From NCBI GenBank assembly GCA_964016885.1, contig OZ024744.1, positions 372,001-436,000 of the forward strand: a stretch of DNA of 64,000 nucleotides. Direction: 5' to 3'. The position numbers and the translations under genes were made by a program. Positions 23,777 to 37,840 of this stretch are shown piece after piece. Source of the stretch: Eledone cirrhosa. Its lineage: Eukaryota. The notes under the pieces were generated by a model, which worked only from the letters and a program-made list of their open reading frames with translations, had not been told where the DNA came from and searched no databases. Each line of letters begins with the position of its first letter. The first letter of the stretch is position 1.

Positions 23777-26081
23777 CAAGCTCTCTTTCTCACCCTTGTC
23801 TTCCCTCAAAACTTCGTTCTTCACCAGGCTATCTTTCTCTACCCTGTCTTCCCCCAAAACTTCGTTCCTCACCAAGCTATCTTTCTCTACCTTCTCTTCC
23901 CTCAAAACTTCGTTCTTCACCAAGCTAACTTGCTCTACCTTGTCTTCCCTCAAAACTTCGTTCTTCATCAAGCAATCTTTCTCTACCTTGTCTTCCCTCA
24001 AAACTTCGTTCTTCACCAAGCTATCTTTCTCTACCTTGTCTTCCCTCAAAACTTCGTTCTTCACCAAGCTATCTTTCCCTACCTTTTTTTCCCCCAAAAC
24101 TCCGTTCTTCACCAAACTATCTTTCTCTACCTTGTCTTCCCTCAAAACTTCGTTCTTCACCAAGCTATCTTTCTCTATCTTGTCTTCCCTCAAAACTCCG
24201 TTCTTCATCAAGCTATCGTTCTCTACTTTGTCTTCCCTCGAAACGTCGTTCTTCACCAAGCTATCTTTCTCTACCTTGTCTTCCCTCAAAACTTCGTTCG
24301 TTCTTCACCAAGCTATCTTTCTCTACCTTGTCTTCCCCCAAAACTTCGTTCTTCACAAGCTATCCTTCTCTACCTTGTCTTCCCTCAAAACTTCGTTCTT
24401 CACCAAGCTATCTTTCTCTACCTTGTCTTCCCTCAAAACTTCGTTCTTGATCAAGCTATCTTTCTATACCTTGTCTTCCATCAAAACTTCGTTCTTCACC
24501 AAGCTATCTTTCTCTACCTTGTCTTCCCTCAAAACTTCGTTCTTGATCAAGCTATCTTTCTATACCTTGTCTTCCCTCAAAGCGTCGTTCTTCACCAAGC
24601 TATCTTTCTCTACCTTGTCTTCCCTCAAAACTTCGTTCGTTCTTCACCAAGCTATCTTTCTCTACCTTGTCTTCCCCCAAAACTTCGTTCTTCACAAGCT
24701 ATCTTTCTCTACCTTGTCTTCCCTCAAAACTTCGTTCTTGATCAAGCTATCTTTCTCTACCTTGCATTCCCTCAAAACTTCGTTCTTCACCAAGCTATCT
24801 TTCCCTACCTTTTTTTCCCCCAAAACTCCGTTCTTCACCAAACTATCTTTCTCTACCTTGTCTTCCCTCAAAACTTCGTTCTTCACCAAGCTATCTTTCT
24901 CTATCTTGTCTTCCATCAAAACTTCGTTCTTCACCAAGCTATCTTTCTCTACCTTGTCTTCCCTCAAAACTTCGTTCTTCACCAAGCTATCTTTCCCTAC
25001 CTTTTTTTCCCCCAAAACTCCGTTCTTCACCAAACTATCTTTCTCTACCTTGTCTTCCCTCAAAACTTCGTTCTTCACCAAGCTATCTTTCTCTATCTTG
25101 TCTTCCCTCAAAACTCCGTTCTTCATCAAGCTATCGTTCTCTACTTTGTCTTCCCTCGAAACGTCGTTCTTCACCAAGCTATCCTTCTCTACCTTGTCTT
25201 CCCTCAAAACTTCGTTCGTTCTTCACCAAGCTATCTTTCTCTACCTTGTCTTCCCTCAAAACTTCGTTCTTCACCAAGCTATCTTTCTCTACCTTGCATT
25301 CCCTGAAAACTTCGTTCTTCACCAAGCTATCTTTCTCTACCTTGTCTTCCCTCAAAACTTCGTTCTTCACCAAGCTATCTTTCTCTACCTTGTCTTCCCT
25401 CAAAACTTCGTTCTTCACAAGCTATCCTTCTCTACCTTGTCTTCGCTCAAAACTTCGTTCTTCACCAAGCTATCTTTCTCTACCTTGTCTTCCCTCAAAA
25501 CTTCGTTCTTCACCAAGCTATCTTTCTCTACTTTGTCTTCCCTCAAAACATCGTTCGTTCTTCATCAAGCTATCTTTCTCTACCTTGTCTTCCCTCAAGA
25601 CTTCGTTCGTCACCAAGCTATCTTTCTCTACATTGTCTTCCCCCAAAACTTCGTTCTTCATCAAGCTATCTTTCTCTACCTTGTCTTCCCTCAAAACGTC
25701 GTTCTTCACCAAGCTATCTTTCTCTACCTTGTCTTCCCCCAAAACTTCGTTCTTCACCAAGCTATCTTTCTCTACCTTGTCTACCCCCAAAACTTCGTTC
25801 TTCACCAAGCTATCTTTCTCTACCTTGTCTTCCCACAAAACTTCATTCTTCACCAAGCTATCTTTCTCCAGCTTGTCTTCCCACAAAACGTCGTTCTTCA
25901 CCAAGCTATCTTTCCCTACCTTGACTTCCGTCAAAACTTCGTTCTTCACCAAGCTATCTTTCTCTACCTTGTCTTCCCTCAAAACTTCGTTCTTCACCAA
26001 GCTATCTTTCTCTATCTTGTCTTCCCTCAAAACTCCGTTCTTCATCAAGCTATCGTTCTCTACTTTGTCTTCCCTCAAAAC
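23777..26081. repeat. Dispersed copy of window positions 1-2305 (offset 23,776 bp)
   Basis: ORF offsets 916/24692, 1403/25179, 1470/25246 and 1742/25518 all equal 23776. Rare markers TTCTCACCCT, AACTTGCTCT, CCCTGAAAAC and CTCCAGCTTG are shared. Confidence 0.92.
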
Positions 26082-27239
26082 GTCGTTCTTCACCAAGCTA
26101 TCTTTCTCTACCTTGTCTTCCCTCAAAACTTCGTTCGTTCTTCACCAAGCTATCTTTCTCTACCTTGTCTTCCCCCAAAACTTCGTTCTTCACAAGCTAT
26201 CCTTCTCTACCTTGTCTTCCCTCAAAACTTCGTTCTTCACCAAGCTATCTTTCTCTACCTTGTCTTCCCTCAAAATTTCGTTCTTGATCAAGCTATCTTT
26301 CTCTACCTTGCATTCCCTCAAAACTTCGTTCTTCACCAAGCTATCTTTCTCTACCTTGCCTTCCCTCAAAACTTCGTTCTTCACCAAGCTATCTTTCTCT
26401 ACATTGTCTTCCCCCAAAACTTCGTTCTTCATCAAGCTATCTTTCTCTACCTTGTCTTCCCTCAAAACGTCGTTCTTCACCAAGCTATCTTTCTCTACCT
26501 TGTCTTCCCACACAACTTCGTTCTTCATCAAGCTATCTTTCTCTACCTTGTCTTCCCTCAAAACGTCGTTCTTCACCAAGCTATCTTTCTCTACCTTGTC
26601 TTCCCACAAAACTTCGTTCTTCACCAAGCTATCTTTCTCTACCTTGTCTTCCCACAAAACGTCGTTCTTCACCAAGCTATCTTTCCCTACCTTGTCTTCC
26701 CTCAAAACGTCGTTCTTCACCAAGCTATCTTTCTCTACCTTGACTTCCCTCAAAACTTCGTTCTTCACCAAGCTATCTTTCTCTACCTTGTCTTCCCTCA
26801 AAACTTCGTTCTTCACCAAGCTATCTTTCTCTATTTGTCTTCCCTCAAAACTCCGTTCTTCATCAAGCTATCGTTCTCTACTTTGTCTTCCCTCAAAACG
26901 TCGTTCTTCACCAAGCTATCTTTCTCTACCTTGTCTTCCCTCAAAACTTCGTTCGTTCTTCACCAAGCTATCTTTCTCTACCTTGTCTTCCCCCAAATCT
27001 TCGTTCTTCATCAAGCTATCGTTCTCTACTTTGTCTTCCCTCAAAACGTCGTTCTTCACCAAGCTATCTTTCTCTACCTTGTCTTCCCTCAAAACTTCGT
27101 TCGTTCTTCACCAAGCTATCTTTCTCTACCTTGTCTTCCCCCAAAACCTCGTTCTTCACAAGCTATCTTTCTCTACCTTGTCTTCCCTCAAAACTTCGTT
27201 CTTGATCAAGCTATCTTTCTCTACCTTGCATTCCCTCAA

Positions 27240-28370
27240 AACTTCGTTCTTCACCAAGCTATCTTTCTCTATCTTGTCTTCCATCAAAACTTCGTTCTTC
27301 ACCAAGCTATCTTTCTCTACCTTGTCTTCCCTCAAAACTTCGTTCTTCACCAAGCTATCTTTCCCTACCTTTTTTTCCCCCAAAACTCCGTTCTTCACCA
27401 AACTATATTTCTCTACCTTGTCTTCCCTCAAAACTTCGTTCTTCACCAAGCTATCTTTCTCTATCTTGTCTTCCCTCAAAACTCCGTTCTTCATCAAGCT
27501 ATCGTTCTCTACTTTGTCTTCCCTCGAAACGTCGTTCTTCACCAAGCTATCTTTCTCTACCTTGTCTTCCCTCAAAACTTCGTTCGTTCTTCACCAAGCT
27601 ATCTTTCTCTACCTTGTCTTCCCTCAAAACTTCGTTCTTCACCAAGCTATCTTTCTCTACCTTGTCTTCCCTCAAAACTTCGTTCTTGATCAAGCTATCT
27701 TTCTCTACCTTGCATTCCCTCAAAACTTCGTTCTTCACCAAGCTATCTTTCTCTACCTTGTCTTCCCTCAAAACTTCGTTCTTCACCAAACTATCTTTCT
27801 CTACCTTGTCTTCCCTCAAAACTTCGTTCTTCACCAAGCTATCTTTCTCTATCTTGTCTTCCATCAAAACTTCGTTCTTCACCAAGCTATCTTTCTCTAC
27901 CTTGTCTTCCCTCCAAACTTCGTTCTTCACCAAGCTATCTTTCCCTACCTTTTTTTCCCCCAAAACTCCGTTCTTCACCAAACTATCTTTCTCTACCTTG
28001 TCTTCCCTCAAAACTTCGTTCTTCACCAAGCTATCTTTCTCTATCTTGTCTTCCCTCAAAACTCCGTTCTTCATCAAGCTATCGTTCTCTACTTTGTCTT
28101 CCCTCGAAACGTCGTTCTTCACCAAGCTATCTTTCTCTACCTTGTCTTCCCTCAAAACTTCGTTCGTTCTTCACCAAGCTATCTTTCTCTACCTTGTCTT
28201 CCCTCAAAACTTCGTTCTTCACCAAGCTATCTTTCTCTACCTTGTCTTCCCTCAAAACTTCGTTCTTGATCAAGCTATCTTTCTCTACCTTGCATTCCCT
28301 CAAAACTTCGTTCTTCACCAAGCTATCTTTCTCTACCTTGTCTTCCCTCAAAACTTCGTTCTTCACCAAG
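27240..28370. repeat. 580-bp (12-mer) tandem duplication
   Basis: ORF offsets 27547/28127, 27575/28155 and 27614/28194 equal 580 = 12x48+4. Confidence 0.8.
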
Positions 28371-29419
28371 CTATCTTTCTCTACCTTGTCTTCCCTCAAA
28401 ACTTCGTTCTTCACAAGCTATCCTTCTCTACCTTGTCTTCGCTCAAAACTTCGTTCTTCACCAAGCTATCTTTCTCTACCTTGTCTTCCCTCAAAACTTC
28501 GTTCTTCACCAAGCTATCTTTCTCTACTTTGTCTTCCCTCAAAACATCGTTCGTTCTTCATCAAGCTATCTTTCTCTACCTTGTCTTCCCTCAAGACTTC
28601 GTTCGTCACCAAGCTATCTTTCTCTACATTGTCTTCCCCCAAAACTTCGTTCTTCATCAAGCTATCTTTCTCTACCTTGTCTTCCCTCAAAACGTCGTTC
28701 TTCACCAAGCTATCTTTCTCTACCTTGTCTTCCCACACAACTTCGTTCTTCATCAAGCTATCTTTCTCTACCTTGTCTTCCCTCAAAACGTCGTTCTTCA
28801 CCAAGCTATCTTTCTCTACCTTGTCTTCCCCCAAAACTTCGTTCTTCACCAAGCTATCTTTCTCTACCTTGTCTACCCCCAAAACTTCGTTCTTCACCAA
28901 GCTATCTTTCTCTACCTTGTCTTCCCACAAAACTTCGTTCTTCACCAAGCTATCTTTCTCTACCTTGTCTTCCCACAAAACGTCGTTCTTCACCAAGCTA
29001 TCTTTCCCTACCTTGTCTTCCCTCAAAACGTCGTTCTTCACCAAGCTATCTTTCTCTACCTTGACTTCCCTCAAAACTTCGTTCTTCACCAAGCTATCTT
29101 TCTCTACCTTGTCTTCCCTCAAAACTTCGTTCTTCACCAAGCTATCTTTCTCTATCTTGTCTTCCCTCAAAACTCCGTTCTTCATCAAGCTATCGTTCTC
29201 TACTTTGTCTTCCCTCAAAACGTCGTTCTTCACCAAGCTATCTTTCTCTACCTTGTCTTCCCTCAAAACTTCGTTCGTTCTTCACCAAGCTATCTTTCTC
29301 TACCTTGTCTTCCCCCAAAACTTCGTTCTTCATCAAGCTATCGTTCTCTACTTTGTCTTCCCTCAAAACGTCGTTCTTCACCAAGCTATCTTTCTCTACC
29401 TTGTCTTCCCTCAAAACTT

Positions 29420-32400
29420 CGTTCGTTCTTCACCAAGCTATCTTTCTCTACCTTGTCTTCCCCCAAAACTCGTTCTTCACAAGCTATCTTTCTCTACCTT
29501 GTCTTCCCTCAAAACTTCGTTCTTGATCAAGCTATCTTTCTCTACCTTGCATTCCCTCATAACTTCGTTCTTCACCAAGCTATCTTTCCCTACCTTTTTT
29601 TCCCCCAAAACTCCGTTCTTCACCAAACTATCTTTCTCTACCTTGTCTTCCCTCAAAACTTCGTTCTTCACCAAGCTATCTTTCTCTATCTTGTCTTCCA
29701 TCAAAACTTCGTTCTTCACCAAGCTATCTTTCTCTACCTTGTCTTCCCTCAAAACTTCGTTCTTCACCAAGCTATCTTTCCCTACCTTTTTTTCCCCCAA
29801 AACTCCGTTCTTCACCAAACTATATTTCTCTACCTTGTCTTCCCTCAAAACTTCGTTCTTCACCAAGCTATCTTTCTCTATCTTGTCTTCCCTCAAAACT
29901 CCGTTCTTCATCAAGCTATCGTTCTCTACTTTGTCTTCCCTCGAAACGTCGTTCTTCCCCAAGCTATCTTTCTCTACCTTGTCTTCCCTCAAAACTTCGT
30001 TCGTTCTTCACCAAGCTATCTTTCTCTACCTTGTCTTCCCTCAAAACTTCGTTCTTCACCAAGCTATCTTTCTCTACCTTGTCTTCCCTCAAAACTTCGT
30101 TCTTGATCAAGCTATCTTTCTCTACCTTGCATTCCCTCAAAACTTCGTTCTTCACCAAGCTATCTTTCTCTACCTTGTCTTCCCTCAAAACTTCGTTCTT
30201 CACCAAACTATCTTTCTCTACCTTGTCTTCCCTCAAAACTTCGTTCTTCACCAAGCTATCTTTCTCTATCTTGTCTTCCATCAAAACTTCGTTCTTCACC
30301 AAGCTATCTTTCTCTACCTTGTCTTCCCTCAAAACTTCGTTCTTCACCAAGCTATCTTTCCCTACCTTTTTTTCCCCCAAAACTCCGTTCTTCACCAAAC
30401 TATCTTTCTCTACCTTGTCTTCCCTCAAAACTTCGTTCTTCACCAAGCTATCTTTCTCTATCTTGTCTTCCCTCAAAACTCCGTTCTTCATCAAGCTATC
30501 GTTCTCTACTTTGTCTTCCCTCGAAACGTCGTTCTTCACCAAGCTATCTTTCTCTACCTTGTCTTCCCTCAAAACTTCGTTCTTCACCAAGCTATCTTTC
30601 TCTACCTTGTCTTCCCTCAAAACTTCGTTCTTGATCAAGCTATCTTTCTCTACCTTGCATTCCCTCAAAACTTCGTTCTTCACCAAGCTATCTTTCTCTA
30701 CCTTGTCTTCCCTCAAAACTTCGTTCTTCACCAAGCTATCTTTCTCTACCTTGTCTTCCCTCAAAACTTCGTTCTTCACAAGCTATCCTTCTCTACCTTG
30801 TCTTCGCTCAAAACTTCGTTCTTCACCAAGCTATCTTTCTCTACCTTGTCTTCCCTCAAAACTTCGTTCTTCACCAAGCTATCTTTCTCTACTTTGTCTT
30901 CCCTGAAAACATCGTTCGTTCTTCATCAAGCTATCTTTCTCTACCTTGTCTTCCCTCAAAACTTCGTTCTTCACCAAGCTATCTTTCTCTATCTTGTCTT
31001 CCCTCAAAACTCCGTTCTTCATCAAGCTATCGTTCTCTACTTTGTCTTCCCTCGAAACGTCGTTCTTCACCAAGCTATCTTTCTCTACCTTGTCTTCCCT
31101 CAAAACTTCGTTCGTTCTTCACCAAGCTATCTTTCTCTACCTTGTCTTCCCTCAAAACTTCGTTCTTCACCAAGCTATCTTTCTCTACCTTGTCTTCCCT
31201 CAAAACTTCGTTCTTGATCAAGCTATCTTTCTCTACCTTGCATTCCCTCAAAACTTCGTTCTTCACCAAGCTATCTTTCTCTACCTTGTCTTCCCACACA
31301 ACTTCGTTCTTCATCAAGCTATCTTTCTCTACCTTGTCTTCCCTCAAAACGTCGTTCTTCACCAAGTTATCTGTCTCTACCTTGTCTTCCCCCAAAACTT
31401 CGTTCTTCACCAAGCTATCTTTCTCTACCTTGTCTACCCCCAAAACTTCGTTCTTCACCAAGCTATCTTTCTCTACCTTGTCTTCCCACAAAACTTCGTT
31501 CTTCACCAAGCTATCTTTCTCTACCTTGTCTTCCCACAAAACGTCGTTCTTCACCAAGCTATCTTTCCCTACCTTGTCTTCCCTCAAAACTTCGTTCTTC
31601 ACCAAGCTATCTTTCTCTACCTTGTCTTCCCTCAAAACTTCGTTCTTCACCAAGATATCTTTCTCTATCTTGTCTTCCCTCAAAACTCCGTTCTTCATCA
31701 AGCTATCGTTCTCTACTTTGTCTTCCCTCAAAACGTCGTTCTTCACCAAGCTATCTTTCTCTACCTTGTCTTCCCTCAAAACTTCGTTCGTTCTTCACCA
31801 AGCTATCTTTCTCTACCTTGTCTTCCCCCAAAACTTCGTTCTTCACAAGCTATCCTTCTCTACCTTGTCTTCCCTCAAAACTTCGTTCTTCACCAAGCTA
31901 TCTTTCTCTACCTTGTCTTCCCTCAAAACTTCGTTCTTGATCAAGCTATCTTTCTCTACCTTGCATTCCCTCAAAACTTCGTTCTTCACCAAGCTATCTT
32001 TCTCTACCTTGTCTTCCCTCAAAACTTCGTTCTTCACCAAGCTATCTTTCTCTACCTTGTCTTCCCTCAAAACTTCGTTCTTCACAAGCTATCCTTCTCT
32101 ACCTTGTCTTCGCTCAAAACTTCGTTCTTCACCAAGCTATCTTTCTCTACCTCGTCTTCCCTCAAAACTTCGTTCTTCACCAAGCTATCTTTCTCTACTT
32201 TGTCTTCCCTCAAAACATCGTTCGTTCTTCATCAAGCTATCTTTCTCTACCTTGTCTTCCCTCAAGACTTCGTTCGTCACCAAGCTATCTTTCTCTACAT
32301 TGTCTTCCCCCAAAACTTCGTTCTTCATCAAGCTATCTTTCTCTACCTTGTCTTCCCTCAAAACGTCGTTCTTCACCAAGCTATCTTTCTCTACCTTGTC

Positions 32401-35400
32401 TTCCCACACAACTTCGTTCTTCATCAAGCTATCTTTCTCTACCTTGTCTTCCCTCAAAACGTCGTTCTTCACCAAGCTATCTTTCTCTACCTTGTCTTCC
32501 CCCAAAACTTCGTTCTTCACCAAGCTATCTTTCTCTACCTTGTCTACCCCCAAAACTTCGTTCTTCACCAAGCTATCTTTCTCTACCTTGTCTTCCCACA
32601 AAACTTCGTTCTTCACCAAGCTATCTTTCTCTACCTTGTCTTCCCACAAAACGTCGTTCTTCACCAAGCTATCTTTCCCTACCTTGTCTTCCCTCAAAAC
32701 GTCGTTCTTCACCAAGCTATCTTTCTCTACCTTGACTTCCCTCAAAACTTCGTTCTTCACCAAGCTATCTTTCTCTACCTTGTCTTCCCTCAAAACTTCG
32801 TTCTTCACCAAGCTATCTTTCTCTATCTTGTCTTCCCTCAAAACTCCGTTCTTCATCAAGCTATCGTTCTCTACTTTGTCTTCCCTCAAAACGTCGTTCT
32901 TCACCAAGCTATCTTTCTCTACCTTGTCTTCCCTCAAAACTTCGTTCGTTCTTCACCAAGCTATCTTTCTCTACCTTGTCTTCCCCCAAAACTTCGTTCT
33001 TCATCAAGCTATCGTTCTCTACTTTGTCTTCCCTCAAAACGTCGTTCTTCACCAAGCTATCTTTCTCTACCTTGTCTTCCCTCAAAACTTCGTTCGTTCG
33101 TCACCAAGCTATCTTTCTCTACCTTGTCTTCCCCCAAAACTTCGTTCTTCACAAGCTATCTTTCTCTACCTTGTCTTCCCTCAAAACTTCGTTCTTGATC
33201 AAGCTATCTTTCTCTACCTTGCATTCCCTCAAAACTTCGTTCTTCACCAAGCTATCTTTCCCTACCTTTTTTTCCCCCAAAACTCCGTTCTTCACCAAAC
33301 TATCTTTCTCTACCTTGTCTTCCCTCAAAACTTCGTTCTTCACCAAGCTATCTTTCTCTATCTTGTCTTCCATCAAAACTTCGTTCTTCACCAAGCTATC
33401 TTTCTCTACCTTGTCTTCCCTCAAAACTTCGTTCTTCACCAAGCTATCTTTCCCTACCTTTTTTTCCGCCAAAACTCCGTTCTTCACCAAACTATCTTTC
33501 TCTACCTTGTCTTCCCTCAAAACTTCGTTCTTCACCAAGCTATCTTTCTCTATCTTGTCTTCCCTCAAAACTCCGTTCTTCATCAAGCTATCGTTCTCTA
33601 CTTTGTCTTCCCTCGAAACGTCGTTCTTCACCAAGCTATCTTTCTCTACCTTGTCTTCCCTCAAAACTTCGTTCGTTCTTCACCAAGCTATCTTTCTCTA
33701 CCTTGTCTTCCCCCAAAACTCGTTCTTCACAAGCTATCTTTCTCTACCTTGTCTTCCCTCAAAACTTCGTTCTTGATCAAGCTATCTTTCTCTACCTTGC
33801 ATTCCCTCATAACTTCGTTCTTCACCAAGCTATCTTTCCCTACCTTTTTTTCCCCCAAAACTCCGTTCTTCACCAAACTATCTTTCTCTACCTTGTCTTC
33901 CCTCAAAACTTCGTTCTTCACCAAGCTATCTTTCTCTATCTTGTCTTCCATCAAAACTTCGTTCTTCACCAAGCTATCTTTCTCTACCTTGTCTTCCCTC
34001 AAAACTTCGTTCTTCACCAAGCTATCTTTCCCTACCTTTTTTTCCCCCAAAACTCCGTTCTTCACCAAACTATATTTCTCTACCTTGTCTTCCCTCAAAA
34101 CTTCGTTCTTCACCAAGCTATCTTTCTCTATCTTGTCTTCCCTCAAAACTCCGTTCTTCATCAAGCTATCGTTCTCTACTTTGTCTTCCCTCGAAACGTC
34201 GTTCTTCCCCAAGCTATCTTTCTCTACCTTGTCTTCCCTCAAAACTTCGTTCGTTCTTCACCAAGCTATCTTTCTCTACCTTGTCTTCCCTCAAAACTTC
34301 GTTCTTCACCAAGCTATCTTTCTCTACCTTGTCTTCCCTCAAAACTTCGTTCTTGATCAAGCTATCTTTCTCTACCTTGCATTCCCTCAAAACTTCGTTC
34401 TTCACCAAGCTATCTTTCTCTACCTTGTCTTCCCTCAAAACTTCGTTCTTCACCAAACTATCTTTCTCTACCTTGTCTTCCCTCAAAACTTCGTTCTTCA
34501 CCAAGCTATCTTTCTCTATCTTGTCTTCCATCAAAACTTCGTTCTTCACCAAGCTATCTTTCTCTACCTTGTCTTCCCTCAAAACTTCGTTCTTCACCAA
34601 GCTATCTTTCCCTACCTTTTTTTCCCCCAAAACTCCGTTCTTCACCAAACTATCTTTCTCTACCTTGTCTTCCCTCAAAACTTCGTTCTTCACCAAGCTA
34701 TCTTTCTCTATCTTGTCTTCCCTCAAAACTCCGTTCTTCATCAAGCTATCGTTCTCTACTTTGTCTTCCATCGAAACGTCGTTCTTCACCAAGCTATCTT
34801 TCTCTACCTTGTCTTCCCTCAAAACTTCGTTCTTCACCAAGCTATCTTTCTCTACCTTGTCTTCCCTCAAAACTTCGTTCTTGATCAAGCTATCTTTCTC
34901 TACCTTGCATTCCCTCAAAACTTCGTTCTTCACCAAGCTATCTTTCTCTACCTTGTCTTCCCTCAAAACTTCGTTCTTCACCAAGCTATCTTTCTCTACC
35001 TTGTCTTCCCTCAAAACTTCGTTCTTCACAAGCTATCCTTCTCTACCTTGTCTTCGCTCAAAACTTCGTTCTTCACCAAGCTATCTTTCTCTACCTTGTC
35101 TTCCCTCAAAACTTCGTTCTTCACCAAGCTATCTTTCTCTACTTTGTCTTCCCTCAAAACATCGTTCGTTCTTCATCAAGCTATCTTTCTCTACCTTGTC
35201 TTCCCTCAAAACTTCGTTCTTCACCAAGCTATCTTTCTCTATCTTGTCTTCCCTCAAAACTCCGTTCTTCATCAAGCTATCGTTCTCTACTTTGTCTTCC
35301 CTCGAAACGTCGTTCTTCACCAAGCTATCTTTCTCTACCTTGTCTTCCCTCAAAACTTCGTTCGTTCTTCACCAAGCTATCTTTCTCTACCTTGTCTTCC

Positions 35401-37840
35401 CTCAAAACTTCGTTCTTCACCAAGCTATCTTTCTCTACCTTGTCTTCCCTCAAAACTTCGTTCTTGATCAAGCTATCTTTCTCTACCTTGCATTCCCTCA
35501 AAACTTCGTTCTTCACCAAGCTATCTTTCTCTACCTTGTCTTCCCACACAACTTCGTTCTTCATCAAGCTATCTTTCTCTACCTTGTCTTCCCTCAAAAC
35601 GTCGTTCTTCACCAAGTTATCTTTCTCTACCTTGTCTTCCCCCAAAACTTCGTTCTTCACCAAGCTATCTTTCTCTACCTTGTCTACCCCCAAAACTTCG
35701 TTCTTCACCAAGCTATCTTTCTCTACCTTGTCTTCCCACAAAACTTCGTTCTTCACCAAGCTATTTTTCTCTACCTTGTCTTCCCACAAAACGTCGTTCT
35801 TCACCAAGCTATCTTTCCCTACCTTGTCTTCCCTCAAAACGTCGTTCTTCACCAAGCTATCCTTCTCTACCTTGACTTCCGTCAAAACTTCGTTCTTCAC
35901 CAAGCTATCTTTCTCTACCTTGTCTTCCCTCAAAACTTCGTTCTTCACCAAGATATCTTTCTCTATCTTGTCTTCCCTCAAAACTCCGTTCTTCATCAAG
36001 CTATCGTTCTCTACTTTGTCTTCCCTCAAAACGTCGTTCTTCACCAAGCTATCTTTCTCTACCTTGTCTTCCCTCAAAACTTCGTTCGTTCTTCACCAAG
36101 CTATCTTTCTCTACCTTGTCTTCCCCCAAAACTTCGTTCTTCACAAGCTATCCTTCTCTACCTTGTCTTCCCTCAAAACTTCGTTCTTCACCAAGCTATC
36201 TTTCTCTACCTTGTCTTCCCTCAAAACTTCGTTCTTGATCAAGCTATCTTTCTCTACCTTGCATTCCCTCAAAACTTCGTTCTTCACCAAGCTATCTTTC
36301 TCTACCTTGTCTTCCCTCAAAACTTCGTTCTTCACCAAGCTATCTTTCTCTACCTTGTCTTCCCTCAAAACTTCGTTCTTCACAAGCTATCCTTCTCTAC
36401 CTTGTCTTCGCTCAAAACTTCGTTCTTCACCAAGCTATCTTTCTCTACCTCGTCTTCCCTCAAAACTTCGTTCTTCACCAAGCTATCTTTCTCTACTTTG
36501 TCTTCCCTCAAAACATCGTTCGTTCTTCATCAAGCTATCTTTCTCTACCTTGTCTTCCCTCAAGACTTCGTTCGTCACCAAGCTATCTTTCTCTACATTG
36601 TCTTCCCCCAAAACTTCGTTCTTCATCAAGCTATCTTTCTCTACCTTGTCTTCCCTCAAAACGTCGTTCTTCACCAAGCTATCTTTCTCTACCTTGTCTT
36701 CCCACACAACTTCGTTCTTCATCAAGCTATCTTTCTCTACCTTGTCTTCCCTCAAAACGTCGTTCTTCACCAAGCTATCTTTCTCTACCTTGTCTTCCCC
36801 CAAAACTTCGTTCTTCACCAAGCTATCTTTCTCTACCTTGTCTACCCCCAAAACTTCGTTCTTCACCAAGCTATCTTTCTCTACCTTGTCTTCCCACAAA
36901 ACTTCGTTCTTCACCAAGCTATCTTTCTCTACCTTGTCTTCCCACAAAACGTCGTTCTTCACCAAGCTATCTTTCCCTACCTTGTCTTCCCTCAAAACGT
37001 CGTTCTTCACCAAGCTATCTTTCTCTACCTTGACTTCCCTCAAAACTTCGTTCTTCACCAAGCTATCTTTCTCTACCTTGTCTTCCCTCAAAACTTCGTT
37101 CTTCACCAAGCTATCTTTCTCTATCTTGTCTTCCCTCAAAACTCCGTTCTTCATCAAGCTATCGTTCTCTACTTTGTCTTCCCTCAAAACGTCGTTCTTC
37201 ACCAAGCTATCTTTCTCTACCTTGTCTTCCCTCAAAACTTCGTTCGTTCGTCACCAAGCTATCTTTCTCTACCTTGTCTTCCCCCAAAACTTCGTTCTTC
37301 ACAAGCTATCTTTCTCTACCTTGTCTTCCCTCAAAACTTCGTTCTTGATCAAGCTATCTTTCTCTACCTTGCATTCCCTCAAAACTTCGTTCTTCACCAA
37401 GCTATCTTTCCCTACCTTTTTTTCCCCCAAAACTCCGTTCTTCACCAAACTATCTTTCTCTACCTTGTCTTCCCTCAAAACTTCGTTCTTCACCAAGCTA
37501 TCTTTCTCTATCTTGTCTTCCATCAAAACTTCGTTCTTCACCAAGCTATCTTTCTCTACCTTGTCTTCCCTCAAAACTTCGTTCTTCACCAAGCTATCTT
37601 TCCCTACCTTTTTTTCCCCCAAAACTCCGTTCTTCACCAAACTATCTTTCTCTACCTTGTCTTCCCTCAAAACTTCGTTCTTCACCAAGCTATCTTTCTC
37701 TATCTTGTCTTCCCTCAAAACTCCGTTCTTCATCAAGCTATCGTTCTCTACTTTGTCTTCCCTCGAAACGTCGTTCTTCACCAAGCTATCTTTCTCTACC
37801 TTGTCTTCCCTCAAAACTTCGTTCGTTCTTCACCAAGCTA
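29420..37840. repeat. Tandem duplication, period ~4250 bp, with internal monomer gain and loss
   Basis: Offsets are 4250 (29477/33727, 29964/34214, 30879/35129, 31075/35325), then 4298 (31843/36141, 32185/36483), then 4150 (33149/37299). Private markers: AAAACTCGTT deletion (~29470/33720), CTCATAAC, TTCCCCAAG, ACCTCGTC. Confidence 0.9.
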
